Assembly: GCA_963755715.1 (NCBI GenBank)
Contig: CAVWLW010000054.1
Location: 64,001 to 128,000 of the forward strand
Length of the DNA stretch: 64,000 nucleotides
Direction of reading: 5' to 3'
From: an uncultured delta proteobacterium
GTDB taxonomy: Bacteria > Desulfobacterota > Binatia > UBA9968
The notes beneath the pieces were generated by a model, which was not told the DNA's origin, ran no database searches, and worked only from the letters and a program-made list of their open reading frames with translations. This document shows positions 19,861 to 30,467 of the stretch, in pieces. Each line of letters begins with the position of its first letter. Within the stretch, counting starts at the first letter, position 1. The position numbers were made by a program, and so were the translations under genes.

Positions 19861-20529
19861 TCAAGTGCCTTTTTCGGCCGCCGGATTGGGCGGATTACCG
19901 AGTCCCTCGATTTTTGCGGGAGCCGTGGCTTGAGTTCGGGCGTAACCTGCCACTGTAAGGCTAATCCGCAAATTTTGCGCCGGTAACTGCGGCACCCCTG
20001 GCGGCTGGGGAAATCCGACTGGACGAAAAAGCGAGCGCACGTTGACTTCATCGATAACGAGTAACTTGGGCGAGGTTTCAAGCGCTTTAATCAAGCTCGC
20101 GACTTGCTGGATTTGCCCGCCGATCTCCAGTTGGATCGCGATTTTAGAAAACGAGCCTGCGGCGTCGGGATTGAGGACGCGCGTGGTGATAACCTGCGTC
20201 CCTTCCCGGGTGGCGAGCGCCTGAACGGTTTCTTGAAGATCAGAAGCGCTCACCGAAGGCGTGTCGCCGGTGAGCAGTTTCGGTTCTTGCGCCTTGATTT
20301 CTGCGCGCGCCGCTTCCAAGGCGGCCAGCATCGTTTCTTTTTGTGCTATGTAGCGGCGATTTTTCGCCAATAGTTGCGGCTGGCTTTCGAGCTGCTGCTT
20401 GACCCACTCGCGCCGATCGAAAAACGGCGTCACAATGGCGAGTTTAGCGACGAAACCCAGCAGAATGAGCGCCGTCACGAGCGCGAGGCTGCGTTCCCGC
20501 TTCGACAGCCTTTGCCAAAAGTTAATCAT
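19861..20529 (-). CDS. gspM: Type II secretion protein GspM
   Basis: W..LS.RER, TM, coiled coil, ferredoxin-like C-terminus (LE...KLLVID). Confidence 0.85.
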   Translation of the reverse strand: MINFWQRLSKRERSLALVTALILLGFVAKLAIVTPFFDRREWVKQQLESQPQLLAKNRRYIAQKETMLAALEAARAEIKAQEPKLLTGDTPSVSASDLQETVQALATREGTQVITTRVLNPDAAGSFSKIAIQLEIGGQIQQVASLIKALETSPKLLVIDEVNVRSLFRPVGFPQPPGVPQLPAQNLRISLTVAGYARTQATAPAKIEGLGNPPNPAAEKGT

Positions 20530-22109
20530 GGTTTAGCTTTCGACTCCTTGACAGGCTGACTCTTGGTTTCTTTGATCTCCACGCCTTTCGCCGCCGGTTT
20601 CGGCTTCTCAAGCTCCGCCTTCAAAGAAAAAGTCTCGCGATTATCACGACCGCGATTGGACGGCGCGTTGAAGCCGACGTTTTCAAATAAGGGGGAGCGC
20701 TCTAACAGGGGAATCAAGGCCGAGGCGCTCTCGGCGTTGCCTTGAATCTCCAATAATCCGGCGCGATAACGCAGGTTTGAAAAATAGGCGTTGTTCGGCA
20801 CCACTTTTGAGAGCTCATCGAGCACACGGAGGATCTCGCCGCGGCGTTGATCGAGGTCCCTGAGCAAAGCCGTTTCCTTGCGCAATTGCTCGAGCTGTAT
20901 TTCCTCGGCGCGCAGCGCGCGGATCGCGGGCTCGATTTTTTTATTCTCGCTTTGCAATTGGCGGAGCCGCAACTCATCTTTGATCGGAAAGCTCGCGCCC
21001 CAAACGAGCAGCGCAATGAAAAGCAGGCTGAGTAGGACCGTGTTGAGGAGAGAGAAAGTTTTCGCGCTGTCCGCGTCGTTGCCCTCGTGGCGCAAAAAGT
21101 TTGCTGCCAGCGACGCTTCACGGACACCGCGCAAGGCGGCGCCGATGGCGGGCAGTAATTCCGCATCGACGGGCTGGCTAAAGCCTTTTAAGCGCTCTGC
21201 GCCAAGGGTGGTCATGTCCGCAGCCGCCGCGAGTTTGCCGTTGACCGCGCCGTTGAGCAGCGCGAGATCGCCGCACCGATAAAACTGCGGGACTTGGTTC
21301 AGGCCTTCCTGCAGCAGCTCTTTGCCCGCGCCTTGAGCCCACTCGGCGGCGGGAAAGCGATGGCAATACAACAATTCGGTCGTCGGCCTCCAGCGGCTGT
21401 CTTTGAGCTGGACGCCGATCATTTCCCATTCCTTCGCATGGCCAGCTATCATAGCGGCGCCGCCGGTTGTCGGCGCGCTCGTGAACAGAAGATAATTGGC
21501 CAAGGCGGTGGCGGTCGTCTCGATGCCTCTCGGCTTGATGCCAAAAGATTCTAATAAGCCGAGAAGACCGTCGACGGCTTTCTTTGGCACGGCAAAGACA
21601 TAGACACTGAACTTTTCGCCCCTTCTCCCGACCGGATAAAAATCGTAGTAAATGTCCTCGCGTTTGAAAGGCAATTGCCGTTCGATTTCGTATTCGAGCA
21701 CCTGCTGGAGATTGTCTTGCGCCGCCAGCGGCAAGAAAACCTGTTGGCTGATCACTTGCTCCTGCGGCAAGCAAAGATAAATCGCATCGCGCGCGGCGTT
21801 GAAATGCGGCAATAAGGAAATAATCGCTTGCCGCAGCGCACGCTCATAGGAATCGCTCTCGGCTTTCAGGGCAATTTCCCGCACGTCATCGGCAACCCAA
21901 CCGGTAAGCTCTGCGATCGCTTGTCGACCGTCGCCGAGCGTCAGCTCACGCTGTTCTTGCTCCAGCATGGCAATGTTGAGCAAGCTCTTGCGTAGCCGCA
22001 CCAGCACCAGCCGATCGCTTAGGACATAGAGACCGGCACTGGTAAGAAAATCCGCGCGCGAAAAGTCTTGTAGACGACCCAGCCCGATCATCGCGCGCGA
22101 CCTCGCCAA
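20526..22109 (-). CDS. gspL: Type II secretion protein GspL (PilM-like plus PilN-like domains)
   Basis: LP.AA..NL.QVL.YEI.R..PF, TM, L.ELS..VP, LE.SPLF.NV.F. Confidence 0.88.
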   Translation of the reverse strand: MARSRAMIGLGRLQDFSRADFLTSAGLYVLSDRLVLVRLRKSLLNIAMLEQEQRELTLGDGRQAIAELTGWVADDVREIALKAESDSYERALRQAIISLLPHFNAARDAIYLCLPQEQVISQQVFLPLAAQDNLQQVLEYEIERQLPFKREDIYYDFYPVGRRGEKFSVYVFAVPKKAVDGLLGLLESFGIKPRGIETTATALANYLLFTSAPTTGGAAMIAGHAKEWEMIGVQLKDSRWRPTTELLYCHRFPAAEWAQGAGKELLQEGLNQVPQFYRCGDLALLNGAVNGKLAAAADMTTLGAERLKGFSQPVDAELLPAIGAALRGVREASLAANFLRHEGNDADSAKTFSLLNTVLLSLLFIALLVWGASFPIKDELRLRQLQSENKKIEPAIRALRAEEIQLEQLRKETALLRDLDQRRGEILRVLDELSKVVPNNAYFSNLRYRAGLLEIQGNAESASALIPLLERSPLFENVGFNAPSNRGRDNRETFSLKAELEKPKPAAKGVEIKETKSQPVKESKAKP

Positions 22110-22157
22110 GCGAATGTCACAATCTGTACGGCCATAAAACGCATCTTACTCTAAGAT

Positions 22158-23186
22158 TCAGCTGCGGGGTAGCGTTATGTCACGGTCCAACCAGCGCAGG
22201 ATTTCGAACCCTTGGGCGCCTCCCAGACGGACGATTCCTTTGACCTTTCGAGCCATGCGCGAACCGGAGGGCCGGCCTTCCGCCTCGACCGCAATGACCG
22301 ATGGGTTGGTAAAGATAAACGCTTGCATGGCGCTATCAGCCGCGCCGATGCCGAGCAGCGGCAGTAAGTCAGCGAGGCTCTTCTCCGAAAGCTTTTTGCG
22401 CTCTTCGACAAAGCCCCGACATTTCTCCAAGGCAATCCCCGTCAGGGCGTGAATCACTTCGGCAGACGCCGTGCGCAGATTGACCCGGTCGATGGGGCTA
22501 TCGACAGTGAAAATTTCGCGCAAAGCGGTCCGCGCTGATTCGTCTGCCGCCTGGCTGGTTTCGTCGCTGTAGCCAAAGAAAAGCTCCGGCGTCATTCCCT
22601 TGATCCAAAGCAGATCTTCCACACTGTCCAGTGGGCCGTTTTTTGCGCTGTACGGGGGCGATAGCGAGGCATAGTAGTCATTCTCGGCGCCGTTGGTGCG
22701 GTGCAAATCGTCTGCGTCGCGCCAATCCATAATGGAGTCGACCAAAATGTCTCTCCGGGCTTCATCGAGACCGAGGTTCGTGAAGATGCGCCGCAAGGTT
22801 TCGTCATTGACCCGATTGATATTGATCTTGCCGCTTTCATCGACCAGGCGCACCCGAAATGCTCCCGTGCCGAGATCTTCTTCATGAAACTCGCCGTCGA
22901 ACGGGTCGTTCTTTTTCGCCTCCGGCGCTTGCGCCGTCTGCGCCGCCGGGTTCTGTTGATTTAAAAAATCGTAGAGGCCCCGTTCAAAGCCAGCTAAAGC
23001 TAAATAATAACCGAGGGTTTCGTCGCTGAAACGTTGCGCCGCGGTCGCTTCTTCACGCGCCGACGTGCTGAACTCGAAAGCGACGACGAAAAGAAAAATA
23101 AAAATCCACAACACGGCGATCAGGGCGACCCCGTCCTGATCGCCGAGCGGCGCTCGCGCCAACCAGAGACTGATTTTTTTCTTCAT
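22158..23186 (-). CDS. gspK: Minor pseudopilin GspK
   Basis: G|VALIAVLW, DESGKININ, I.DWRD.D, GAE..YY, L....GM. Confidence 0.93.
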   Translation of the reverse strand: MKKKISLWLARAPLGDQDGVALIAVLWIFIFLFVVAFEFSTSAREEATAAQRFSDETLGYYLALAGFERGLYDFLNQQNPAAQTAQAPEAKKNDPFDGEFHEEDLGTGAFRVRLVDESGKININRVNDETLRRIFTNLGLDEARRDILVDSIMDWRDADDLHRTNGAENDYYASLSPPYSAKNGPLDSVEDLLWIKGMTPELFFGYSDETSQAADESARTALREIFTVDSPIDRVNLRTASAEVIHALTGIALEKCRGFVEERKKLSEKSLADLLPLLGIGAADSAMQAFIFTNPSVIAVEAEGRPSGSRMARKVKGIVRLGGAQGFEILRWLDRDITLPRS

Positions 23187-23854
23187 GGCGCAAGCACCGT
23201 CATCATCACCGGAAAAATCCAGCGTACCGGCTTGCCCTGATCGTCCAAATAGGTCAGCCGCACGGCGCGCGGCAGGACCCGCCGTTCCCGGCCGTCCCAG
23301 CGCTCTTCCCAGGTTTCTTCGTCCGCCTGCGGGTCCAAATAAGCCAAGCGCAGTTCTTTGATACCGTCTTGCAAAATCACGCTGTAGCTCTGTCCCGGGG
23401 AGTCCGCCTGATCGCCGATCCGGACAGGCGTGGTTTCTTCCAGCTTTAAAAGCATTCGACCATGAGCGTCGTCGTCCGCGGCAATTTGAATCTTGGCCAT
23501 GCCGCGCCCGCCCATGCCTTGCGAATACGCCGAGACAAACGTCACGCTGTCGGTTTCGCCTTGAAAAAACGTCGTGAGTTCTTGCGCCGATTCCTTATAA
23601 GGATACGCGGAGCGAATATAGGTGCCGATGAGATCGCCAATCGAGCGCTGTTTCTGGTTTCGGGTGGCATTGGCCTGCGATTTCTCGACCGCGTTGTGAC
23701 CGAGAGCGAACACGCTGTAAAGAATCCCGCTCATGAGAGCGAAAATCGTCAGCGCCAGGACAACTTCGATGAGAGTGAAACCGTCTGGCCTAGCGCTCAC
23801 ACCGACCCAGGACACGCGGGTTTTTGGCCTTTCGGCCCAACGCACGATTGTCAT
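23183..23854 (-). CDS. gspJ: Minor pseudopilin GspJ
   Basis: G|FTLIEV class III signal; W...W...LP.AV.L. Confidence 0.88.
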   Translation of the reverse strand: MTIVRWAERPKTRVSWVGVSARPDGFTLIEVVLALTIFALMSGILYSVFALGHNAVEKSQANATRNQKQRSIGDLIGTYIRSAYPYKESAQELTTFFQGETDSVTFVSAYSQGMGGRGMAKIQIAADDDAHGRMLLKLEETTPVRIGDQADSPGQSYSVILQDGIKELRLAYLDPQADEETWEERWDGRERRVLPRAVRLTYLDDQGKPVRWIFPVMMTVLAP

Positions 23855-24261
23855 GGGTTAGTTTTCTTGCCAAGACGATAAGTCTTCAGGTCGATAAGTC
23901 GCTCCCGCCGGCCATCCAACCGGTATAACTCGAGCGCGACCTCCTTCAGCTCCCAAGTCTTCGCTAAATCCAAGGACAATGGCTCGCGGACGGTTTGAAC
24001 TTGAGCTTGCCACCGGCCGTTGGCGCCGAACGTGCCGCTTTCATCACCCTGCGGCAATTTTTTTCGCGCCAACAATTCGTCCATCACCCGGGCGCCGTCC
24101 GCGGCGGATTCCGTGCGCACTGCGCTGCGCGCATCCAGGCGCAGGCCCAAGGAGAAAATTTGCAACAACGTCACCACGCCCAAGCCGAGAATGGTGAGCG
24201 CGACCAAGACTTCGATCAGGGTGAATCCGCGGCTGGTTTGACGATTAAAGCGCATGGTCAA
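23851..24261 (-). CDS. gspI: Minor pseudopilin GspI
   Basis: G|FTLIEVLVAL, 136 aa, position in the cluster. Confidence 0.85.
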   Translation of the reverse strand: MTMRFNRQTSRGFTLIEVLVALTILGLGVVTLLQIFSLGLRLDARSAVRTESAADGARVMDELLARKKLPQGDESGTFGANGRWQAQVQTVREPLSLDLAKTWELKEVALELYRLDGRRERLIDLKTYRLGKKTNP

Positions 24262-24719
24262 TTGGCGCGCGCGACTTCGATCCGGCCGGTGAGGGCTTCC
24301 AAGCGAATTAGATAGGAAATAGATTTTTCGCCGTCGGCAAGAACAATTTCACCGCCCAAACCGCTACCGTTCGGGTAAAAGTAGAATCTTTTGCTGTCGC
24401 GATCGACGGCCTCGCCGCCTTCGACGGAAATGAACCTTACCTCCCCCGGCAGGCGCACTTCTCTGGAGCGCGCAACGCGATAACTATTTTGCGGTAAATT
24501 GATCACGAGCTGTTGCGGTTCACCGTCGAACAAAGCGCGGCTCCTCAGATTGCGCGCCGCTGCCGCCAAGCCAAGAGCCGAGGTTCGCACCTCGCGTTCC
24601 TGGAGTCCCCTGGCGATGTTGGGCAGCACGATGAGCATGCTGACGCCGATCAAGAGCAGCACCAAAACCAGCTCGAGGAGCGAGAAGCCGCGCTTACCTT
24701 TCCCAGCTCGTAACATCAT
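24258..24719 (-). CDS. gspH: Minor pseudopilin GspH
   Basis: G|FSLLEL, FYPNGS..GG.I.L, LTGR. Start at MMLRAGK. Confidence 0.88.
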   Translation of the reverse strand: MMLRAGKGKRGFSLLELVLVLLLIGVSMLIVLPNIARGLQEREVRTSALGLAAAARNLRSRALFDGEPQQLVINLPQNSYRVARSREVRLPGEVRFISVEGGEAVDRDSKRFYFYPNGSGLGGEIVLADGEKSISYLIRLEALTGRIEVARAN

Positions 24720-25131
24720 GATTATTGCCGTCGCCGCCCGGCACGCCGTCGGCGCCGTAAGAAATGATATCGTACGGGCCATGGTCGCCGGGGCTCTTGT
24801 AGATGTAGGGCTTGCCCCAGGGATCGGGTGGAACTTCTTTTTTGAGGTAGGGTCCGTCCCATCGGTCGACTGCGCCGGGCTTTTGATTGAGCGCGGCAAG
24901 TCCTTCCTGTGACGTCGGATAGCGGCCGACATCGAGACGAAACGTATCGAGCGCCGTGCCCAGCAGCTCGATCTGCGCTCTGGCCGCCTTGGCCGTGGCT
25001 TTTTCTTCTTGCCTGATGAACTGCGGCACCACCAGGCCGGCGAGCAAAGCGATAATCGTCACGACGATCAACAGCTCGATCAGGGTGAAGCCCTGGGTAT
25101 TTCTTAGTGCTTTTTTAGAATGGCAAATCAT
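24694..25131 (-). CDS. gspG: Major pseudopilin GspG
   Basis: G|FTLIELL, ALD.FRLD.GRYPT..GL.AL, W.GPYL, DPWG.PY.Y, SYGADG..GG. Confidence 0.96.
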   Translation of the reverse strand: MICHSKKALRNTQGFTLIELLIVVTIIALLAGLVVPQFIRQEEKATAKAARAQIELLGTALDTFRLDVGRYPTSQEGLAALNQKPGAVDRWDGPYLKKEVPPDPWGKPYIYKSPGDHGPYDIISYGADGVPGGDGNNHDVTSWER

Positions 25132-26335
25132 TGATACTAAAAATCGCCAGCAGCATGGAGATGACCACCACGCCGACGATCAGTCCCATGACTAAAATCA
25201 AGGCCGGCTCCAATAATGCAGTTAATCTTTTGGTCGTTCGTTTCACTTCTTGATCGTAATAATTGGCGATCTCGGCGAGCATGGCGTCCAGTTTACCCGT
25301 TTCCTCTCCCACCGCAATCATATTCAAGGCCAATGGCGGGAAAAGCCCGCTCTCGCTCAACGGCCGCGCCATGCCTTTGCCCTCGCGCACGCGCACCTGC
25401 ACCTGGGTGATCGCGCGCGCCAGCAAGCGGTTGCCGATGACGCCTTGCACGGTTCCCAGCGACTCCAGCAAGGGCACGCCGCCTTTCATCAGCGCCGAAA
25501 GGGTGCGCGCGAAACGGGCGGTCTCGAACTTGCGCACCAGTTCGCCCAACAACCACGCGCGCAGACAGAAACGATCCCATTCGCCTTTTCCCTCAGGCGT
25601 GCGGATATAATAGATCGCCGCGGCAACTATGCCGACTACGACTAAGAGAATGATCCAACCGTATTGCGACAGGGTTAAGCTCAAGTTAATAACCAGCTTG
25701 GTGATCAACGGCAGAGATTTGTTTACGTCTTTAAAGATCGCCGAAAAGCGCGGGATGACGAAGACAAACATCACGATCAGCGATAAGCCGGCCGCGCTCG
25801 CCAGTATCGCCGGATAGATCAACGCCGATTTGACTTCCTCCTTGAGCGCGAGCGTGCTTTCCAAGTATTCCGTCAGATAACGGAGCACGCCTTCCAAAAT
25901 CCCGCCGGCTTCACCAGCGCGGATCATGTTTACGTAAATTTTCGGAAACACGTCGGGATGTTCGCCCATGGAAGCGGCCAAAGATTTCCCGGCACGCACC
26001 GCTTCGACCAGCGAGCGCAAAATCTTGCTCAACTCGCCGCCCTCGACCAGTCCGCCGAGGATCGAAAGGCTGCGGTCGAGAGGCAGACCGGCGCTGAGCA
26101 ACGTGCCGAGCTCGCGGGTAAACTGCAGGAGCTGTTGCTGGCTGACCTTGCGTCGAGCCGGCAACAGCGGCTGGCGCACCTTGCCGACCGCGCGCTCGCT
26201 CGGCAGCGCGATGCGCAGCGGGACACAGCCCATCTCACGCAAACGCAAAATGACGCTTTGCTCGGCGTCCGCTTCGATCACGCCGTCGACGACTTTCCCA
26301 GCCTGATCGGCGGCGCGATATTGGAAAAAAGCCAT
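25115..26335 (-). CDS. gspF: Inner membrane platform protein GspF
   Basis: FTREL..LL.AG.PL, AGE.GG.L, GEETG.LD.ML, LEP. Confidence 0.95.
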   Translation of the reverse strand: MAFFQYRAADQAGKVVDGVIEADAEQSVILRLREMGCVPLRIALPSERAVGKVRQPLLPARRKVSQQQLLQFTRELGTLLSAGLPLDRSLSILGGLVEGGELSKILRSLVEAVRAGKSLAASMGEHPDVFPKIYVNMIRAGEAGGILEGVLRYLTEYLESTLALKEEVKSALIYPAILASAAGLSLIVMFVFVIPRFSAIFKDVNKSLPLITKLVINLSLTLSQYGWIILLVVVGIVAAAIYYIRTPEGKGEWDRFCLRAWLLGELVRKFETARFARTLSALMKGGVPLLESLGTVQGVIGNRLLARAITQVQVRVREGKGMARPLSESGLFPPLALNMIAVGEETGKLDAMLAEIANYYDQEVKRTTKRLTALLEPALILVMGLIVGVVVISMLLAIFSINDLPF

Positions 26336-26447
26336 CTCTCAGCCCTACCGTTGGCTCCCGCCCTTGTTGGATTGTAAATTTAGGGTTTTTAGATTCTTCG
26401 CGAGGTGTTCAAGCGAGCCAAAGTCAAAATCCCAAACCTCAATTGAT

Positions 26448-28149
26448 CTAAGCTTCTTCTTCTCTTGTCACCCGTAACAATTCCGCTAAGGTCGTCACGC
26501 CCTGGCGAACTTTATCCCAACCGTCATCGCGCAGGAGACGCATCCCTTGCCGCACCGCGAGATTGCGAATCGCGCCGGCATCGGCGCGTTGCACGATCAC
26601 TTTGCAGATATCCGAAGTCGCCGGCAATAGCTCAAATATACCAACTCGTCCCAGGTAGCCGGTACTGTTGCAAGCGTCGCAGCCCACGGCTTCCCATACG
26701 GTCTGAACCGAGCCGCTATTTTGCAACTCCAACTCCGCTGCCGTAACGTTTAAGCCGGCAAATGGAACTTCCTTGCGGCACGCCGGACAGAGGCGTCGCA
26801 CCAGCCTTTGCGCCAACACGCCCAAAAGCGACGACGAAAGAAGATAATCCTGCACGCCCATTTCCAGCAGGCGAGAAATCGCGCCGGCGGCATCGTTGGT
26901 GTGCAAAGTCGAGAGCACCAAGTGACCGGTCAGCGCGGCCTGCACGGCGATCTCGGCGGTCTCGGCGTCGCGGATCTCGCCGACCATGATAACGTCGGGA
27001 TCCTGGCGCACGATCGAGCGCAGCCCGTTCGCGAACGTCAAACCGATCTGCGGCTTGACATAGATTTGATTGACGCCGCCCAATTGATACTCGACCGGAT
27101 CTTCGATCGTAATAATTTTTTTGCCGGGATCGTTGATCTTTTGCAGTGCGCCGTAAAGCGTCGTGGTCTTGCCGCTGCCGGTCGGACCGGTGACCAGGAT
27201 CATGCCATGGGGTTTCGAGATCATCTCATTGAACTTGGCGAGCAGAACCGGCGGAAATCCCATAGTATCGAGCTCGGTGAAAATCTGTCCCCGCTCGAGA
27301 AGCCGAATGACCACGCTTTCGCCGTACAAAGTCGGCACGGTGGCGATGCGCAAGTCGACATCTTTGCCGGCGAGACGGGTCTTGATGCGGCCGTCCTGTG
27401 GCAGGCGGCGCTCGGCGATGTTGAGCTGGGCGAGAATCTTGAGCCGGGAAATGACCGCGCCCTTCAATTGGCGCGGCGGCGATTCGACTTCGTGCAAAAT
27501 GCCGTCGATCCGGTAGCGAACTTTCAGTTGATTTTCGAACGGCTCGATATGCACGTCCGAAGCGCGGCTTTCGAGCGCGCGCACGAGCATCTGGTTGACC
27601 ATCCGAATGACCGGCACTTCGGACGCCATGTCACGCAAGTGAGCCACATCCTCGTCTTCACCGATGCCGTCGATCGGCTGCGCCGCGCTTTCATTGCCGT
27701 CCGCGCTGTAAGCTGCTGCTGTAAAGCGCCTCGATGCGCGCGGCTATTTCCTTTTCGCGCGCCAGCACCGGCTTGACGGTCAATCCGACCGCCAGCTCCA
27801 ACGCATGCAAGCGCGAAAGGTCCAAGGGATCGGTCGTCGCAACCAAAAGTTCGCGCCCGTCGATTTTTACCGGGACCATCCGAGCCAGCTTGAAGAAATC
27901 GCCGATGCCAGCAGGCAACTCGATCGCCAGCGGCGTGGGCGGGATATCCTTGAGCGACATCAAGGGAAGCGCGAAGTGGTCGCGTAACACCGGCAATAAA
28001 TCCTCTTCGGACAAAAAGCCCAACTCGACGACAAGCCGGCTCAAAGGCGCCTGTTGCTCCTGTTGCAGCTTCAGCACCCGGTCCAGTTCGTCGCTGGAAA
28101 GGAGCCGTCGTTCAATCAGCCGTTCGGAAAGACTCAGTTGCGGGTCCAT
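26448..28149 (-). CDS. gspE: Type II secretion ATPase GspE with N-terminal MshEN-like domain (1-nt insertion near 27711)
   Basis: ASDVHIEP, TGPTGSGKTTT, EDPVEY, RQDPDVIMVGEIRD, tetracysteine motif. N-terminal ORF 27691..28149 rejoins after removing one base. Confidence 0.94.
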
Positions 28150-28162
28150 GAGTCGGATAATC

Positions 28163-28543
28163 CTACTTGCCCGCGCCCGGCGTCGCCCTGCCGTAACGGT
28201 CTTCGAGGCGTACTACGTCGTCAAGCTCCGGCGTCGACACCTCCAAGACATCACAGGTTTCCACGGCGGTCATGCGATGTTTCATGCCCGGCACGATGTG
28301 CAAACATTCACCGGGCGAGAGCCGAATGGTGCTTCGCTCACCGCCGATCTCGACATCCATTTCAAGCTGCCCCGACAACAAGCGAATCGTCTCGTCCTTT
28401 ACCACGTGATATTGATAGCTTAACGACTCGCCTTGGTTGATATGGAGAACTTTGCCGACGTAACGGTCGGTGTGTGCCCAGATGAGCTCATAGCCCCAGG
28501 GTTTTTCGACAATTCTTCCCTTTTCAATTAACTTGGGTAACAT
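28163..28543 (-). CDS. Cupin domain protein (mannose-6-phosphate isomerase type II-like)
   Basis: KPWG.E, LS.QYH..K.ET, H..PG..HR, EVSTPE.DDVVRLED.YGR. Confidence 0.85.
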   Translation of the reverse strand: MLPKLIEKGRIVEKPWGYELIWAHTDRYVGKVLHINQGESLSYQYHVVKDETIRLLSGQLEMDVEIGGERSTIRLSPGECLHIVPGMKHRMTAVETCDVLEVSTPELDDVVRLEDRYGRATPGAGK

Positions 28544-28800
28544 ATAGCGACACTCATGATAGCAAATTCTCGCCTAGCAGCAAAGAAGTATAATCATCCG
28601 ACTTCAACCAACCAATGAAGAGCCGGGAGGCCACATTTTCGCCGACATCACGCAGCATTAATTCGCTTGTAAACCTCGTAATAAGCCCGTACCACGGCTA
28701 TTTTGAAGATGCCCTTGACTAGGTGCTAAAAGCGCGCCTATCGTCGTTGTGCATAATACGACCGAAACCACGGGACGATTCGAGAAAAAGGGAGTTTACG

Positions 28801-29157
28801 GTGAAAAGAAAAAACGCAATCGCAATTTGCTCGATGATCATCGCAGGTTTATTATCTGCTTCTTGTGAATCCGTTTTTGACCGAGACCGTGGAAGATACG
28901 ATGGAAGAGAAGCGCAACTGAACTTGACCGGTACTTGGTATGTCAATGGTGACCGGGACCAGCGTGCCGAAATAGTATCAACACCCAGTGGACTCGAAGC
29001 TAGAAACGAGCGCGGCGATACGAGTCGTTTAGTCACCGAGCGTGATGGAGATATTCGGGCGCTCGACTGGGAAGGTGGACTGCGAGGCGATACTAGGCCC
29101 GGCAGGATTGATTGGCCGAACGGGACGACATGGACCCGCGAGCCTTCTCGACGTTAG
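28801..29157 (+). CDS. Hypothetical lipoprotein
   Basis: GGGAG RBS, GTG start, K/R-rich n-region, hydrophobic h-region, lipobox-like LSAS|C. Confidence 0.7.
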   Translation: MKRKNAIAICSMIIAGLLSASCESVFDRDRGRYDGREAQLNLTGTWYVNGDRDQRAEIVSTPSGLEARNERGDTSRLVTERDGDIRALDWEGGLRGDTRPGRIDWPNGTTWTREPSRR

Positions 29158-30405
29158 TTTGAATCACGCGATAGGGCTTTATCGAATGCCTTAGCGAGAT
29201 CGCGATTCCAACGCTCAATCGAAAACCTGGTTTCGATATCCCTTAGCCCCGCGTCCCCCAAGTTTCTTCGCATGCCTGCGTCTTTGATCAGGCTGGATAG
29301 TACTTCTACCAAACCGTTCGTAACGGCGGGATCCGCAGAGAAAACGGGCTTGTAATATTCTCTGAGGATTCCGTTGCTATCCATCCATGAACAGGTGCCA
29401 TAGCGCCCCGGCACGATCAAACCATTCCGGCCATGGTCAATGTATTCCGCCATTCCCCAACCATCTGTAACCACGATCGCCAACCCGGCCGCCATTGCTT
29501 GTAAAATCGATACAACATGTAGTCGGGCAGAAGGTAGCACGTAGATATCTGCGCTAGAAAAAAGCGCTTCCATTTCATCTTCGGAAAGAAATTGATCGAT
29601 CACCTGGACGTTGCATCGTTCGATGATTTGTCGGTAACGCTGATTGAGATCTTGGGGCAGCTTGCTTCTCAGAATTAGCCGCAAGTGTGCATGCTTGGAA
29701 AAGATTACAGAATAGGCTTCTAAGACATCCAACCCACCGCGCAAATAAAACCCAGTCGAGGCCTGATGCCAGGAATTCGTAAATAGAATCGTCACAGCAT
29801 CGTTTTCGGCTGGGATCTTGCGTTTAAATCGCTGCCGAATACCCAACGGAATATGGGTAACTTTCGAACCCAGCGTCGAATCGTTGAACAGGATCGGGAT
29901 GCTATTCGCCGTAGACCTGACGTGACAGATGATACCTCGACAGCTTTCAGATTGAAGTAGAGCCTTGACAGTCGGGAAAAATCCAGAATCGTAGATGCCA
30001 CCGGTCCCGAAGAGTCGCGGGTCCTGCCTTTTCCCGGAAATTCTCGGAAACGGGACGAAGAGCGTCGTCGTGTCTTCTATCTCAATAACCCAGGGAGTTT
30101 GCCCAAGAATAAAAGGCATACTCGGCAGAAAGGCCAGGCTGACATCAGACGGGGACGGATAGCTGCGCAACGAGCGAGCGCGAGTGAATAAATTTCGTCA
30201 AGCCAACCAAGGTGGATCCATTGGCGACTGCATTCCACGACAGCGCACTTATGGATTTTAGAAGACGGGCGGGCGTCCTCAGCCCAAAATGTCCGCCAGT
30301 AACAAATTCATAACCCGGCGGCGGGTAACGGATGTGTTCAAATTGGGGATGATGACCTACGTGCTTAAATGGACGCAGATAACCACCATACAAAACTTTT
30401 ATCAT
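29154..30405 (-). CDS. Glycosyltransferase family 4 (frameshift near 30153)
   Basis: ADIYVLPS, AMAAGLAIV.TD..G..E. N-terminal ORF 30145..30405 joins after removing one C (..QLSVPSDV..). Confidence 0.82.
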
Positions 30406-30467
30406 CTTCTAATAGAATACCTCAGTAAGCATGAGAGATATTGGCCACCTTTTCTGTTCGAGAGGAA

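Noticed and set aside
15910-28149. Type IV pilus or competence locus
   Set aside because: Canonical GspG/GspK motifs, Xps-like gene order and no PilT indicate a T2SS.
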